Origin: a virus
Strand: one strand, 5' to 3'
DNA length: 64,000 nucleotides
IMG/VR virus record: IMGVR_UViG_3300028840_002524
Span: 52,196-116,195 of that record
Shown here: positions 18,730 through 27,977 of the stretch, piece by piece
Layout: every line of letters begins with the position of its first letter
Position numbering within the stretch: position 1 is the first letter of the stretch
Notes under the pieces: generated by a model
Told to the model about the DNA's origin: nothing
Database searches by the model: none
What the model saw: the letters and a program-made list of their open reading frames with translations, nothing else
Program-made: the position numbers and the translations under genes

Positions 18730-19821
18730 ATGCACAGCGAGGACTCTCTCCCTCTGAGTCAGCAGTTCAGGGAATCCGCCTATTTCAAGGACACGATACG
18801 CCCAGACGGGGCGTTCCTCTACGCCACCCTGCGACGCATCGCCCTGCGCGAGGCCCTCCCGGCCGACGTGCGGGCCACCCTCGGGCGAGGGTGCATCGCG
18901 GCCTGCGTGACCATCCCCGCCCTCTCGGCCCAGGTGGGCCGGTCGAAGAACACGGTACGCGCAAAACTCCAAGTTCTGGAGGACGCCGGGTGGATCCAGC
19001 GCAAGGAGCGCATCGGCCTCCCGTCCGCGTATGTTCTGGCCGACAGCTCGGGGTATTTCGCCGACAAAGTAATGCTCGCCATGGGCGAAGGACCCGTCTG
19101 TTCCGACGGGACCCCTCCAAAAATTGGAGGGGTGGCGAGAAAGGAAGCTACGCCAAAACGTAAGCGAGGGCGGAAGAAAGGTGTTCGCAAGCTGTCCGGA
19201 AGCTGCGGCGCAAGCTGCGCCGAGGCCGAGGATTATGGCGTATGCGGCAGCTTTCCGGAAGCTTTGGCCGTTTCAGACCCCTCCAAAAATTGGAGGGGTG
19301 GCGAAAACAATAATATAGGTAGATATATAGCTTCTTTAGATACTAATAATAGCTCTCCTCTTTTTGTTCACGCCACCCCTCCAAAAATTGGAGGGGTTCA
19401 AAACCCTCTCGAAAAACGCAAGCGCGGTTGGGAGAAGCTCCCGGTTGATCGGTGGGGGCACACGACCCTCTGGGCGATGATCTCCGACCGCCTCCTCGAA
19501 ACAGGAATCGCACCGCTAACCTTGGACACGAAATCCCGGGCTTCCATGCGGTCCCTTGCCAAGACCTACCCGATGGATGAGCTCCAGAGGGTGGGCGAGT
19601 TCTTCGCCGAGCACTACCGCGAGCTACGGAACGTGTACGACTGGCGGGGCTCCCCTCGGGGCGGCCTATTCGCCGGGTGGTATACGACGATCCGGGAGCA
19701 CGCCGACGGCCGCGCCATCACGAAGCGCGGAGCGAAGGAGAGCAAGGAACGGGGATCACAGAGCATGGACGAAATCCCGAGGATTCGAAAGTTCAAGGGG
19801 AGCAAGCATGCGACGCCGTGA
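18730..19821 (+). CDS. Replication initiator protein (HTH; lambda O-like organisation)
   Basis: N-terminal wHTH 'TIPALSAQVGRSKNTVRAKLQVLEDAGWI'; internal iterons; immediately upstream of the loader and DnaB. Confidence 0.7.
   Translation: MHSEDSLPLSQQFRESAYFKDTIRPDGAFLYATLRRIALREALPADVRATLGRGCIAACVTIPALSAQVGRSKNTVRAKLQVLEDAGWIQRKERIGLPSAYVLADSSGYFADKVMLAMGEGPVCSDGTPPKIGGVARKEATPKRKRGRKKGVRKLSGSCGASCAEAEDYGVCGSFPEALAVSDPSKNWRGGENNNIGRYIASLDTNNSSPLFVHATPPKIGGVQNPLEKRKRGWEKLPVDRWGHTTLWAMISDRLLETGIAPLTLDTKSRASMRSLAKTYPMDELQRVGEFFAEHYRELRNVYDWRGSPRGGLFAGWYTTIREHADGRAITKRGAKESKERGSQSMDEIPRIRKFKGSKHATP
19111..19397. repeat. Putative replication origin: three identical 23-bp palindromes plus an AT-rich core
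   Basis: ACCCCTCCAA-AAA-TTGGAGGGGT at 19111-19133, 19277-19299 and 19375-19397; AT-rich tract at about 19305-19368. Confidence 0.8.
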
Positions 19822-20428
19822 ACTCAAACCCGAGTCGGTGGCCTCCGTCACCGAGGACATGCTGATCAATTCGGGTGTGCCCAGGAAATTCTGGAACGCC
19901 CAGCTTGGCGCCGTCGATGGCGATCCCGAGTTCAAGAGCCTCATCCGCGAGTTCATGCGGGACATTCACGAGCACGCCAAGGACGGTATGGGGCTGCTCC
20001 TCCGGGGCTCGTACGGGAGTGGCAAAACGTCCCTGGCGGTGACGCTCCTCAAGGTGGCGATACAGCGCGGGGGCCTCGCCCACTTCGTGCAGTCCCGCGA
20101 CCTCCCGGCAGTCTATTTCGACGACGCCACCATTGATCGGTCCTTCGAAGAGCCCATCGTGATCAAGGACCGCCTGCGCACGTGCAACCTTATCGTGATC
20201 GACGATCTCGGCGCGGAGTCTTTCGACACCCACGGGAACGCCGGTGCGCTGATCGAGGGGGTTCTCCGGGACGCCTACAACGAGGAGCAGATCGTGGTGG
20301 TCACGACAAACTGCAACGAGGGGGAACTCCGGTCCAGGTTCAACAAGGGGGTGATCAGTCTCCTCCACCGCATGACCACGGCAGTCGAAATCAATTCCGA
20401 CCAGTGGCAGAAACACGATGAGGATTAG
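19808..20428 (+). CDS. DnaC/IstB-like AAA+ helicase loader
   Basis: Walker A 'GSYGSGKT', Walker B 'LIVIDDLGAE', and 'VVTTN'. Confidence 0.85.
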   Translation: MRRRELKPESVASVTEDMLINSGVPRKFWNAQLGAVDGDPEFKSLIREFMRDIHEHAKDGMGLLLRGSYGSGKTSLAVTLLKVAIQRGGLAHFVQSRDLPAVYFDDATIDRSFEEPIVIKDRLRTCNLIVIDDLGAESFDTHGNAGALIEGVLRDAYNEEQIVVVTTNCNEGELRSRFNKGVISLLHRMTTAVEINSDQWQKHDED

Positions 20429-21712
20429 ATGGACATAGATTCATATTTCATTGGAACCCTCCTCGCCGAGGGGGACCCCACACAACTCAAGGGGATCAAG
20501 CAGGACCTCTTCGACGATGAGTGGCAGGACGTGTACGAGTACGTCGTGGGGTTTCTCAAGAAGTACGGCCGCCTCCCCCGCATCGAGACCGTGACGGCCC
20601 AGAAGGGGGTCGAGATCGAGGCGGGCAGCGAGCCGATGCGGTACTACGCCGACGAGCTCCGAAACCGGTCCATCCGAAATGCCCTGTCCAACGGCCTGCG
20701 AGAGAAGGTGTTTGCATCCCTCGACCAGGACAACGTGCCCGAGGCGTTCAAGGGGCTCAAGCACGTGGTGGCCGACCTGTCCAGGCGATACTACAACCGC
20801 GAGGAAACAGGTTCGGTGTCCATGCGCGAGGGCGTCAAGGATAGGGTGGCCTACTACCGGGAGCGCAAGGCGGCGAAGGGGGTCCTCGGGCTCCCCACCC
20901 CGTGGCCCACCCTCACCCGGGTGACGGCCGGTTTCCAGGGCGGCGACGTGATCGTGATCACGGCAAGGCCAGAGATCGGGAAAAGTTGGCTCGCCCTGAT
21001 CATCTCCGTTTTCCTGACCCTCGCGGGGTATCGGGTGGTGTTCTCCTCCATGGAGATGAAACCCAAGAAGGTGGGCATTCGGATGGACGCCATCGGTTCC
21101 CGCATCTCATCGGACCGCTTCCGCCGGGGCGTCCTCACGGCCGAGGAAGAGGCCCGGCTCAAGGTGTGGTACAAGCGGTGCCTGAACGATGAGAGCATGG
21201 GCGAGTTCTTCGCCTACGGGTCCTCGGACGTGGAGACCGTTGTGGACCTCGAACTCAAGGTCCTTGAGGACAAGCCCGACATCGTGGTGTGGGACTCTTT
21301 CTACCTCGCCAGCGAATCGCCCGACTGGAAAGACATGGCCCAGCTCACGCGGGATTGCAAGAGGCTCGCCGAGCGACCGGACATCGACGTGCCGATCATC
21401 CTGATCACCCAGCTTAGGCGCACGGTAAAGAAAACGGACCGCAAGGCCGACACAGCCGACCTCGCATTTACACAGAGTATTGTCAATGACGCCGACGTGA
21501 TCCTCAGCCTCTTTAGGACCTCCGACATGGAGAACCTGAACGAGATGCTCATCCGGTCCATCAAGATCAGGGACGGCGTGAAGCTCAAGGAACTCCTGAT
21601 CCAGTGGAACCTGGACACCATGGACTTCTCTGAGATTTATGCCAAGTTCACCGGCGGCACGAGCGGCCAGAAGTTCGACGAACACAAGGAGTCCAAGAAG
21701 GATGAAGATTAA
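20429..21712 (+). CDS. dnaB: Replicative DNA helicase (DnaB-like)
   Basis: 'GLPTPW..L...G', 'ARPEIGKS', 'FSSMEM', 'ITQLRR', 'DADVILSL'. Confidence 0.9.
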   Translation: MDIDSYFIGTLLAEGDPTQLKGIKQDLFDDEWQDVYEYVVGFLKKYGRLPRIETVTAQKGVEIEAGSEPMRYYADELRNRSIRNALSNGLREKVFASLDQDNVPEAFKGLKHVVADLSRRYYNREETGSVSMREGVKDRVAYYRERKAAKGVLGLPTPWPTLTRVTAGFQGGDVIVITARPEIGKSWLALIISVFLTLAGYRVVFSSMEMKPKKVGIRMDAIGSRISSDRFRRGVLTAEEEARLKVWYKRCLNDESMGEFFAYGSSDVETVVDLELKVLEDKPDIVVWDSFYLASESPDWKDMAQLTRDCKRLAERPDIDVPIILITQLRRTVKKTDRKADTADLAFTQSIVNDADVILSLFRTSDMENLNEMLIRSIKIRDGVKLKELLIQWNLDTMDFSEIYAKFTGGTSGQKFDEHKESKKDED

Positions 21713-22229
21713 CGCGGCAATCTATTGCGACGGCTCGTGCCCCATGAACGCGGGCTCCTCTCCGGAAACCCCGGCCGGGTGGGGTTTCGTCGTGGTGAAG
21801 CGGGATGACATCTTCGAGCACACGCCGGGCAGGGAGTGGGTGGCGGAGTACGGCGCCGTCGTGGTGGACCCACGCGGGGCCGGGTACGAGGGTGCGGAGC
21901 ACGGCTCGAACCAGACGGCCGAGCTCACGGCCGCCATCAAAGCCCTCGCGTGGGCGTACCACCGCCGGGACGCCATCGGCCGACTCGCCCTGTTCACGGA
22001 TTCGAAGTACGTCAAGAACCTCCTTCTGCGGCAATGGAAGTGGGATGACAACGGGGAGATGGACAACAAGGCCCTCGTGCTCAGGGCCCGGGACCTCCAG
22101 GATGATGTGGATGCGCGGGTTCGGTGGGTGAAGGGCCACTCCGGGATCTACTGGAACGAGCGTGCCGACGGCCTTGCTCGGGAGGGCCTCCTCGTGGCGA
22201 AGCAGAAGATGAAATCGAGGAAGGGCTGA
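21702..22229 (+). CDS. rnhA: Ribonuclease HI
   Basis: 'YCDGS', 'NQTAELTA', 'TDSKY', 'WVKGHSG..WNERADGLA'. Confidence 0.92.
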   Translation: MKINAAIYCDGSCPMNAGSSPETPAGWGFVVVKRDDIFEHTPGREWVAEYGAVVVDPRGAGYEGAEHGSNQTAELTAAIKALAWAYHRRDAIGRLALFTDSKYVKNLLLRQWKWDDNGEMDNKALVLRARDLQDDVDARVRWVKGHSGIYWNERADGLAREGLLVAKQKMKSRKG

Positions 22230-22236
22230 AATCGGC

Positions 22237-23244
22237 ATGGATCGAGAGAGCATCCTCAAGTTGGCCGGTCTCCTCGGGATCAAGGCAGCGAGGGGGCGTG
22301 GAGCTAACATTCTGTTACAGTGCCCCTTCGCCGAAATCACCGGAGGCCACGCGAGCGCCGACGATGCGCGGCCGTCCTTCTCGGTGCTCGTGGACGATGC
22401 AGGTCCCTCGGCCTGCAACTGTTTCGGCTGCGGAACCCGGGGAACCCTTGTCTCGGTGCTGGCGAAAGCGGCACGGAAGCACGACGGGTTCGATGAGGCC
22501 CTCGCGTTTGCCAAGCGCGTCGAGAAGTACGACTTGGAGCGCGGCCTGGAGCGTGCCCTCCACCACGGCCCGAGAATTAGGGAGCGCGAGGGGGAGGGGG
22601 CGGCGTTATCGCGTACGCTCGCCCGATTCGTCCGGGCCTGCCAAGTCCACGTGCCCGGCTACGCCCTGGAGCGGGGCCTCACGCGCCACGAGATCGAGCG
22701 GTGGAACGTCGGCCTCGACGTGTTCGAGTACAGGGTGACCTTCCCGGTGTGGGACCGCGATGGCTCTCTCGTTGGGGTAATGGGGCGCACGGTCGTGGAG
22801 GGGGTCGAGCCGAAATACCTCGCCTACCACCAGTTCTCCACCGGTGAGCATTTCTACGGGGAGCACGATCTCGACATGACCGTGGATGAGGCCGTGATCG
22901 TCGAGGGCGGCCTCGACACCATCGTGACGCGCCGATTCCACCCCAACGCCCTCGGACTCCTCGGCCTGCGGCTCACCCCGGAGAAGCGAAAGAAGCTCAA
23001 GAAGTGGTTTTCCTCCGTGACGCTCCTGCTCGATTCCGACGCGGCCGGGACGGTCCAGGCCCTCTCCGAGGACGTGTTCACGATTCGGATGGGTCTCTGG
23101 CTGTCCAAGGTCATGCGGCTGTACGTCGCTATGCTCCCGTCCGGTGAAGATCCTGCGAGCGCCCCGGATGCCGTCCCGACGGCCTTAAAAAATCGAGTGC
23201 TTTGGGACTCTCTGGGACTCGACAAGTCGAAACTGATATGCTAA
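22237..23244 (+). CDS. dnaG: DNA primase (DnaG-type, zinc-binding domain plus TOPRIM)
   Basis: 'CPF...H...PSF...CFGC', 'PKYL', 'VEGGLD', 'LDSDAAG', 'DP'. Confidence 0.88.
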   Translation: MDRESILKLAGLLGIKAARGRGANILLQCPFAEITGGHASADDARPSFSVLVDDAGPSACNCFGCGTRGTLVSVLAKAARKHDGFDEALAFAKRVEKYDLERGLERALHHGPRIREREGEGAALSRTLARFVRACQVHVPGYALERGLTRHEIERWNVGLDVFEYRVTFPVWDRDGSLVGVMGRTVVEGVEPKYLAYHQFSTGEHFYGEHDLDMTVDEAVIVEGGLDTIVTRRFHPNALGLLGLRLTPEKRKKLKKWFSSVTLLLDSDAAGTVQALSEDVFTIRMGLWLSKVMRLYVAMLPSGEDPASAPDAVPTALKNRVLWDSLGLDKSKLIC

Positions 23245-23293
23245 GATATGAATCATTGGAAGCCTCATAGTAGGTTCAGAGCCTCATAGTAGG
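23219..23293 (+). promoter_or_regulatory. Promoter and tandem 14-bp direct repeat upstream of SSB
   Basis: TCGACA-17-TAAGAT; AGCCTCATAGTAGG at 23261-23274 and 23280-23293. Confidence 0.55.
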
Positions 23294-23315
23294 CACAAGT
23301 TTGGAGGACACAGGT

Positions 23316-24212
23316 ATGGGATTCGCAACACGCGGGATGGGGGAGGCGAACAACGTCCCTTCCTCATCGAGGGTCAAGCCGCAGTTCGAAAAGCGTCTCT
23401 TCCTTCGCCCTGGGGATGAGATGGACATCGTTCTGCTGGACGACAATTCATTCAACATCTGGGAACACGGGATGTTCCTCAAGGGCGACAAGCAGGCGTC
23501 CAAGATCAAGGTCACCTGCCCCGACGGCACGGCCGACGGCGACCCCAAGGAGTGCCGAATCTGCAACGCCATGATTCGCCACGACCTCATCGGCCGCAAC
23601 TGGAGAGGGTTCCTCACCGTCGTGGACCTGTCCAAGCGCACCTGGAGAGGCAAGACGTACGTTGACGTGAAGAAGCTTCTCCCGCTGGACAAAAAGACGG
23701 CCATGATCCTGGAGCGCAAGCGGGACAAGCGCGGATCCCTGGTGGGGGCGCAGATGCACCTCTACCGCACGGACGGGAACTCCAGCTCCGTGGGCGACGA
23801 CTGGGAGCTCGTGGACATCGAGGACCCCAAGAAGCGGTTCAAGAACTCCCCCCAGATCGAGCGTACCATCGACTGGGCCAAGAAGAAGGACGGCACGATC
23901 CTGACGCGCAGTCAGGCCCTCGCCGTGTTCTGCTCCCCTTACGACTACAACGAGGTTCTCGCCCCCGATGCCAAGAAGGTCCGGTACTTCCTGGCCTACA
24001 TGGGAATCGACGATAGCGTCCAGGGCGGCGAGGAGGAGCGCGAGGAGGAGAACAACACCGTCGAGTACGGCAATCCCGAAACGCCCCCGGACGATGGAGT
24101 CGAGGAGGGGGGAGAAGAACGCCAGCGGGCGCCTGCCAAGAAAGCCGGGAAGAAAAAGGGTGTCAAGAAGAAGGGCGTCAAGAAGAAGGGTGTCAAGAAA
24201 AAGGGACGCTGA
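23316..24212 (+). CDS. Single-stranded DNA-binding protein (T4 gp32-like)
   Basis: RBS GGAGG; 'H...C...C..C' metal site; OB-like core; acidic stretch followed by a KKGV tail; located between primase and polymerase. Confidence 0.7.
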   Translation: MGFATRGMGEANNVPSSSRVKPQFEKRLFLRPGDEMDIVLLDDNSFNIWEHGMFLKGDKQASKIKVTCPDGTADGDPKECRICNAMIRHDLIGRNWRGFLTVVDLSKRTWRGKTYVDVKKLLPLDKKTAMILERKRDKRGSLVGAQMHLYRTDGNSSSVGDDWELVDIEDPKKRFKNSPQIERTIDWAKKKDGTILTRSQALAVFCSPYDYNEVLAPDAKKVRYFLAYMGIDDSVQGGEEEREEENNTVEYGNPETPPDDGVEEGGEERQRAPAKKAGKKKGVKKKGVKKKGVKKKGR

Positions 24213-24248
24213 TCAACGCTGCGGTCCCCCTCACGGGGGGCCGCGTAG

Positions 24249-24384
24249 CGCCCGGTAGCTCAGCGGAAGAGCACCCTCTCGCCTTGGACGATGCGCCGTA
24301 CTTGGCGGGGCAGCCGTGGAGGTCGTGCACACCGAAGCGGTCGAGCGAGGTCGGTCAGGGGTTCGAATCCTCTCCGGGCGTCCA
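24249..24384 (+). ncRNA. tRNA-like RNA with an expanded (about 78 nt) anticodon domain
   Basis: Acceptor CGCCCGG/CCGGGCG plus T-CCA; D arm GCTC-AGCGGAA-GAGC; T arm AGGGG-TTCGAAT-CCTCT. Confidence 0.7.
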
Positions 24385-24385
24385 G

Positions 24386-26596
24386 ATGGACGATATAGCA
24401 GAGAAAATCCTGAGTTCGCCGTGGGTCGCGGTCGATACCGAGACCGACGACGATGAGCTCATCCCGGCCTGCAAGAAGTCCCTCTATGGGGTTTCGCTCG
24501 CGTGGGGTAACCCCGAGCACCCTGTCGGGGACTATTGGTCCTTTCAGGAGGACGCGCAGGCGTTCAAGACGTTCAAGAAGCGCATCCTCGGACCGCTCTT
24601 CGAGCGAGAGGATGTGAATCTCGCGTGGTGGAACTACAAGTTTGACGCGCAGGTGCTCGGGGCCCGGGGCCTCCAGGCCAAGGGAAAGATCCACGACGGG
24701 ATGCTCCTCTCGTACCTGATCGACGAAAACAACCGGCACGCCCTCAAGGCATGCGCGAAGCGGAGCCTCGGCGTTACCACGGCCCTCACATACAAGGAGT
24801 CACAGCGAGAGATCGAGGCCATCTGGAATCGCGGCCAGAAGGTCATCAAGAAGATGATCGCCACGGCGTGGAACCTCTACAGGGACCACAGAAAGACCTC
24901 GCAGGTGATCGAGGCGTTCGTGGACCCGAAGTGGCCGCTGGCGAAGCGGGCAGCATTCATGCAGCCGCCGGGGCTCAAGAAAGCGGAGGTGACGCCCCTC
25001 ATAGATAAGTTTGTACGGCCGAAGGTCGAGGTGAAAGCCGACATTGATCGGAAGAACCTCTTCGAGACGTACGCCACCCATGACGCGATATGGACCCTCC
25101 AGCTCGTGAACCTGTACCTCAAGGAGGTGGAAGAGCTGGGGCTCCTGGACGTGTTCTTCAACCTCGAAGTGCCCGTCGTGGAGGCCGTCGTTGACATAGA
25201 AACCCGGGGCGTTCGCATGGACGTGGACATCCTCCGGGACCTCAAGCGCATGTACGGCGAGGAGATCGCCAAGATCAGGTCCTCAATCGAGAAGGAATGG
25301 GGCGAATGGTTCAACCCCGGCTCCCCTGATCAGCTCCGTCAGATTTTCTGGGGGTACTACGGTATCGAGCCCCCAGATTGGGCGATCAACAAGAAGAACA
25401 AGAAGAAGGGGAACACGGACCCCATCAAATACGCCTCGACGGACAAGCGGGTCCTCGAATGGCTCGAAGAGAACCACGACATCCCGCTCATCGGACAGGT
25501 GACCCGGCTTCGGAAGCTGGAGAAGATCAAAGGCACGTACATCGACAACCTCCTGGAGCGGGCCGAGGCCGACGGAGAGCACCGTATCCACTGCTCGTTC
25601 AACCCGACCGGAACGGTCAATGATCGGTGGTCCTCGAACAACCCGAACCTCCAGAACCAACCCCGGCCGGGAACGACCGAGGGCGTGATCAGCACGGTTT
25701 TCGATCCGCAGACAGGAGAGGAGAGAAAGGTCCCGACGATCCGCCGGGCCTACATCCCGAGGGACGGGTACAAGTTCATCAATGCCGATTTCTCCCAGAT
25801 CGAGCTCCGCTTCCTGGCCCACATCACGCAGGACCCGGCGCTCCTCAAGGCGTACCGGACATGGATGTGCCACACGTGCGGCGCCGAGGGGGAGACGGAT
25901 ATATCCATGCACCACTGCCCACACTGTTGGGCGGATGAGGTGGAGGCCAAGGGCCACGAGTCCATCGAAGAGGGCTTTGTCCTGGGCGAGGACATCCATT
26001 GGCTCACCGCCGTGGCGACTGGACTCGTGGACACCTACGGCCCTGTGGAGGGGCGCTACAAAGCGAAAAACGTCAATTTCGGACTGATCTACGGGATGTT
26101 CCCGAAGCTCCTCGCGTCCATGATCGGGGTGTCCAAGGAAGAGGCCGAAGAGGTTCACGCGAGGTTCTTCCTCAAGTACCAGAAGGTGCGCAATTTCCAC
26201 CACTGGGTGCGCAACACGCTGGACGACGAGGGCCGCTTCAAACTCTATAACGGCCGCTGGCGGAATTTCACCAAGGAGCGCAACCTCTGGCACGCGGGCA
26301 GGATGGAGGAGTGGCTGTGGCACGGGGTCGTGCGAGAGGCCACGAACTCGATCATCCAGGGCGGCGCTGCCCAGCTCATGAAGATGGTGGTGCGCGACCT
26401 GAGCCGGGACTTCCGCACAGGCGACTACGGAGACACCGGAATCGTCCTCCAGGTGCACGACGAAATCCTCGTGGAGTACCCGGAGGAGCGGGAAGAGCAG
26501 GTTAAAAAGCAGATCGTGGAGCGGATGGAGCGCGTAGCGAACATCGGTGTCCCGATCATCACGGACCCGGAGATCAAGACTGCATGGGCAGCGTAA
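24386..26596 (+). CDS. polA: DNA polymerase family A (3'-5' exonuclease plus polymerase)
   Basis: ExoI 'VDTET', 'NPNLQN', motif A 'ADFSQIELR', motif B 'KNVNFGLIYG', motif C 'QVHDE'. Start placed at MDDIAEK because the upstream in-frame segment is the tRNA-like element. Confidence 0.93.
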   Translation: MDDIAEKILSSPWVAVDTETDDDELIPACKKSLYGVSLAWGNPEHPVGDYWSFQEDAQAFKTFKKRILGPLFEREDVNLAWWNYKFDAQVLGARGLQAKGKIHDGMLLSYLIDENNRHALKACAKRSLGVTTALTYKESQREIEAIWNRGQKVIKKMIATAWNLYRDHRKTSQVIEAFVDPKWPLAKRAAFMQPPGLKKAEVTPLIDKFVRPKVEVKADIDRKNLFETYATHDAIWTLQLVNLYLKEVEELGLLDVFFNLEVPVVEAVVDIETRGVRMDVDILRDLKRMYGEEIAKIRSSIEKEWGEWFNPGSPDQLRQIFWGYYGIEPPDWAINKKNKKKGNTDPIKYASTDKRVLEWLEENHDIPLIGQVTRLRKLEKIKGTYIDNLLERAEADGEHRIHCSFNPTGTVNDRWSSNNPNLQNQPRPGTTEGVISTVFDPQTGEERKVPTIRRAYIPRDGYKFINADFSQIELRFLAHITQDPALLKAYRTWMCHTCGAEGETDISMHHCPHCWADEVEAKGHESIEEGFVLGEDIHWLTAVATGLVDTYGPVEGRYKAKNVNFGLIYGMFPKLLASMIGVSKEEAEEVHARFFLKYQKVRNFHHWVRNTLDDEGRFKLYNGRWRNFTKERNLWHAGRMEEWLWHGVVREATNSIIQGGAAQLMKMVVRDLSRDFRTGDYGDTGIVLQVHDEILVEYPEEREEQVKKQIVERMERVANIGVPIITDPEIKTAWAA

Positions 26597-27975
26597 AGAC
26601 AAAGCGCAAGGCATGGCTCGACCGGATGATCCGCGTACGGAAGGACGCCCTCCCCAAGGGGGCGATGGAGCGGATCCGGGAGACTCTCACCCTCGAAAAG
26701 AAGAAGTTCGGCGGTGAGCCCGAGATCATCCCCATCTATCGAAAGAGCGGCGCGTTCATCTGGCTGCCCAGGTTCTACGGGGTCCGGGTCCTTCGCCGGT
26801 ACGGGTTCGAGATAGAGGACAGCCGGTCCGACGGGTTCCAGTTCAACATGGCCTTTCGGGGCCAGCTCGGCTCTCCGCCGTTCCCGTCGGGGCAGCCCAA
26901 GTTTGTGGAGGACATCCTCGCCGGGATCCGCGAGAACGGCCTGGGCGGCTTTGGCGTCGCGGATTGCGGAATGGGAAAGACCGTCATGGGCTCGGCCATC
27001 GCGGCCGCCCTCGGCCGTTCGACCCTCGTGCTTGTGCACCGGTCTCCCCTCGTGTCCCAGTGGCGCGAGAGCTTCCGACGGCACATCCGGGTCAACGGAA
27101 AGGCCCCGGCCGTGGGACTCGTGCAGGGGGACAGGTGTGACTTCGGACCGGAACGGCCGCTGTCGGTCGCCATGGTCCAGTCTCTCAGCGCCCGGGAGTA
27201 CCCGAAGGATTTCTATCGGGCCTGGGGGCTCGTTCTCATTGACGAAACGCACCATATCCCGGCAAGAACGTGGCAGGAGGCCGTCACCAACTTTTCGTCG
27301 AGGTACGTGGTGGGGCTGACAGCAACGCTTCGGCGAAAAGACGGCCTCCAGCCCGTTTTTACTCATGCACTGGGCAACGTGTTGGCGCACCTCCATCGGG
27401 ACAACGTGCAGGCCGACGCCCAGTTCTATGGGGTGCATTTCCTGGGGGGCGTCAAGAGCATGCAGACGTTCGGCTCGATGAACCGCACCCTCGTGGAGAA
27501 GCGCCTCGCCGTGATGCCCGGCCGAAACGAGATCATCGTGGCGGAGATCGAGAAAGCCGTGCAGGCCGGTCGCCAGCGCATCATGGTGTTTTCGGGCGTC
27601 CGGAGCCACCTCGCGGAGCTCTACGAACTTCTTCCCGTGGAGCTCAAGCGAAAGACAGGGTTCTATGTTGGGCAGCGAAAACAGGAGCAACTCGACCGCG
27701 TGACGAAAAAGACCGTTATCCTTGCCACCTACGGGATGGCGGATGAGGGCCTTGACATCGGCGACATCGACGCGGTGTTCTTGGCGACGCCCAGGCCCGA
27801 CGTGGAACAGCCCGTGGGGCGGGCGCTCAGGTTTTACGTCCAGAAGATGCCGCCGATCATCGTGGATTTCGTTGACAAAATTAAGCAACTCGTAGGATGG
27901 GCGCACCGCAGGCGTGCGCAGTACATCCGGATGGGAATCCGCCTCAGAAATGACGTTCCGGAGGCGAGGAGGTAG
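26584..27975 (+). CDS. Superfamily 2 DNA helicase (UvsW/XPB-like)
   Basis: 'GMGKT', 'DETH', 'GLTAT..RKDG', 'EGLDI', 'QPVGRALR'. Confidence 0.88.
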   Translation: MGSVKTKRKAWLDRMIRVRKDALPKGAMERIRETLTLEKKKFGGEPEIIPIYRKSGAFIWLPRFYGVRVLRRYGFEIEDSRSDGFQFNMAFRGQLGSPPFPSGQPKFVEDILAGIRENGLGGFGVADCGMGKTVMGSAIAAALGRSTLVLVHRSPLVSQWRESFRRHIRVNGKAPAVGLVQGDRCDFGPERPLSVAMVQSLSAREYPKDFYRAWGLVLIDETHHIPARTWQEAVTNFSSRYVVGLTATLRRKDGLQPVFTHALGNVLAHLHRDNVQADAQFYGVHFLGGVKSMQTFGSMNRTLVEKRLAVMPGRNEIIVAEIEKAVQAGRQRIMVFSGVRSHLAELYELLPVELKRKTGFYVGQRKQEQLDRVTKKTVILATYGMADEGLDIGDIDAVFLATPRPDVEQPVGRALRFYVQKMPPIIVDFVDKIKQLVGWAHRRRAQYIRMGIRLRNDVPEARR

Positions 27976-27977
27976 AG

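Noticed and set aside
20426-20431. TAG stop-codon reassignment (TAG-ATG in frame between loader and DnaB; tRNA with 'TAG' anticodon)
   Set aside because: PolA, DnaB, terminase and portal are full length in the standard code, and many TAG stops simply overlap the next RBS (TAGGAG). A TAG anticodon reads CTA (Leu), not amber.
24284-24385. N-terminal 34-aa extension of DNA polymerase from the TTG start
   Set aside because: The region is better explained by the tRNA-like fold, and the exonuclease domain begins right after the ATG at 24386. Not fully excluded.
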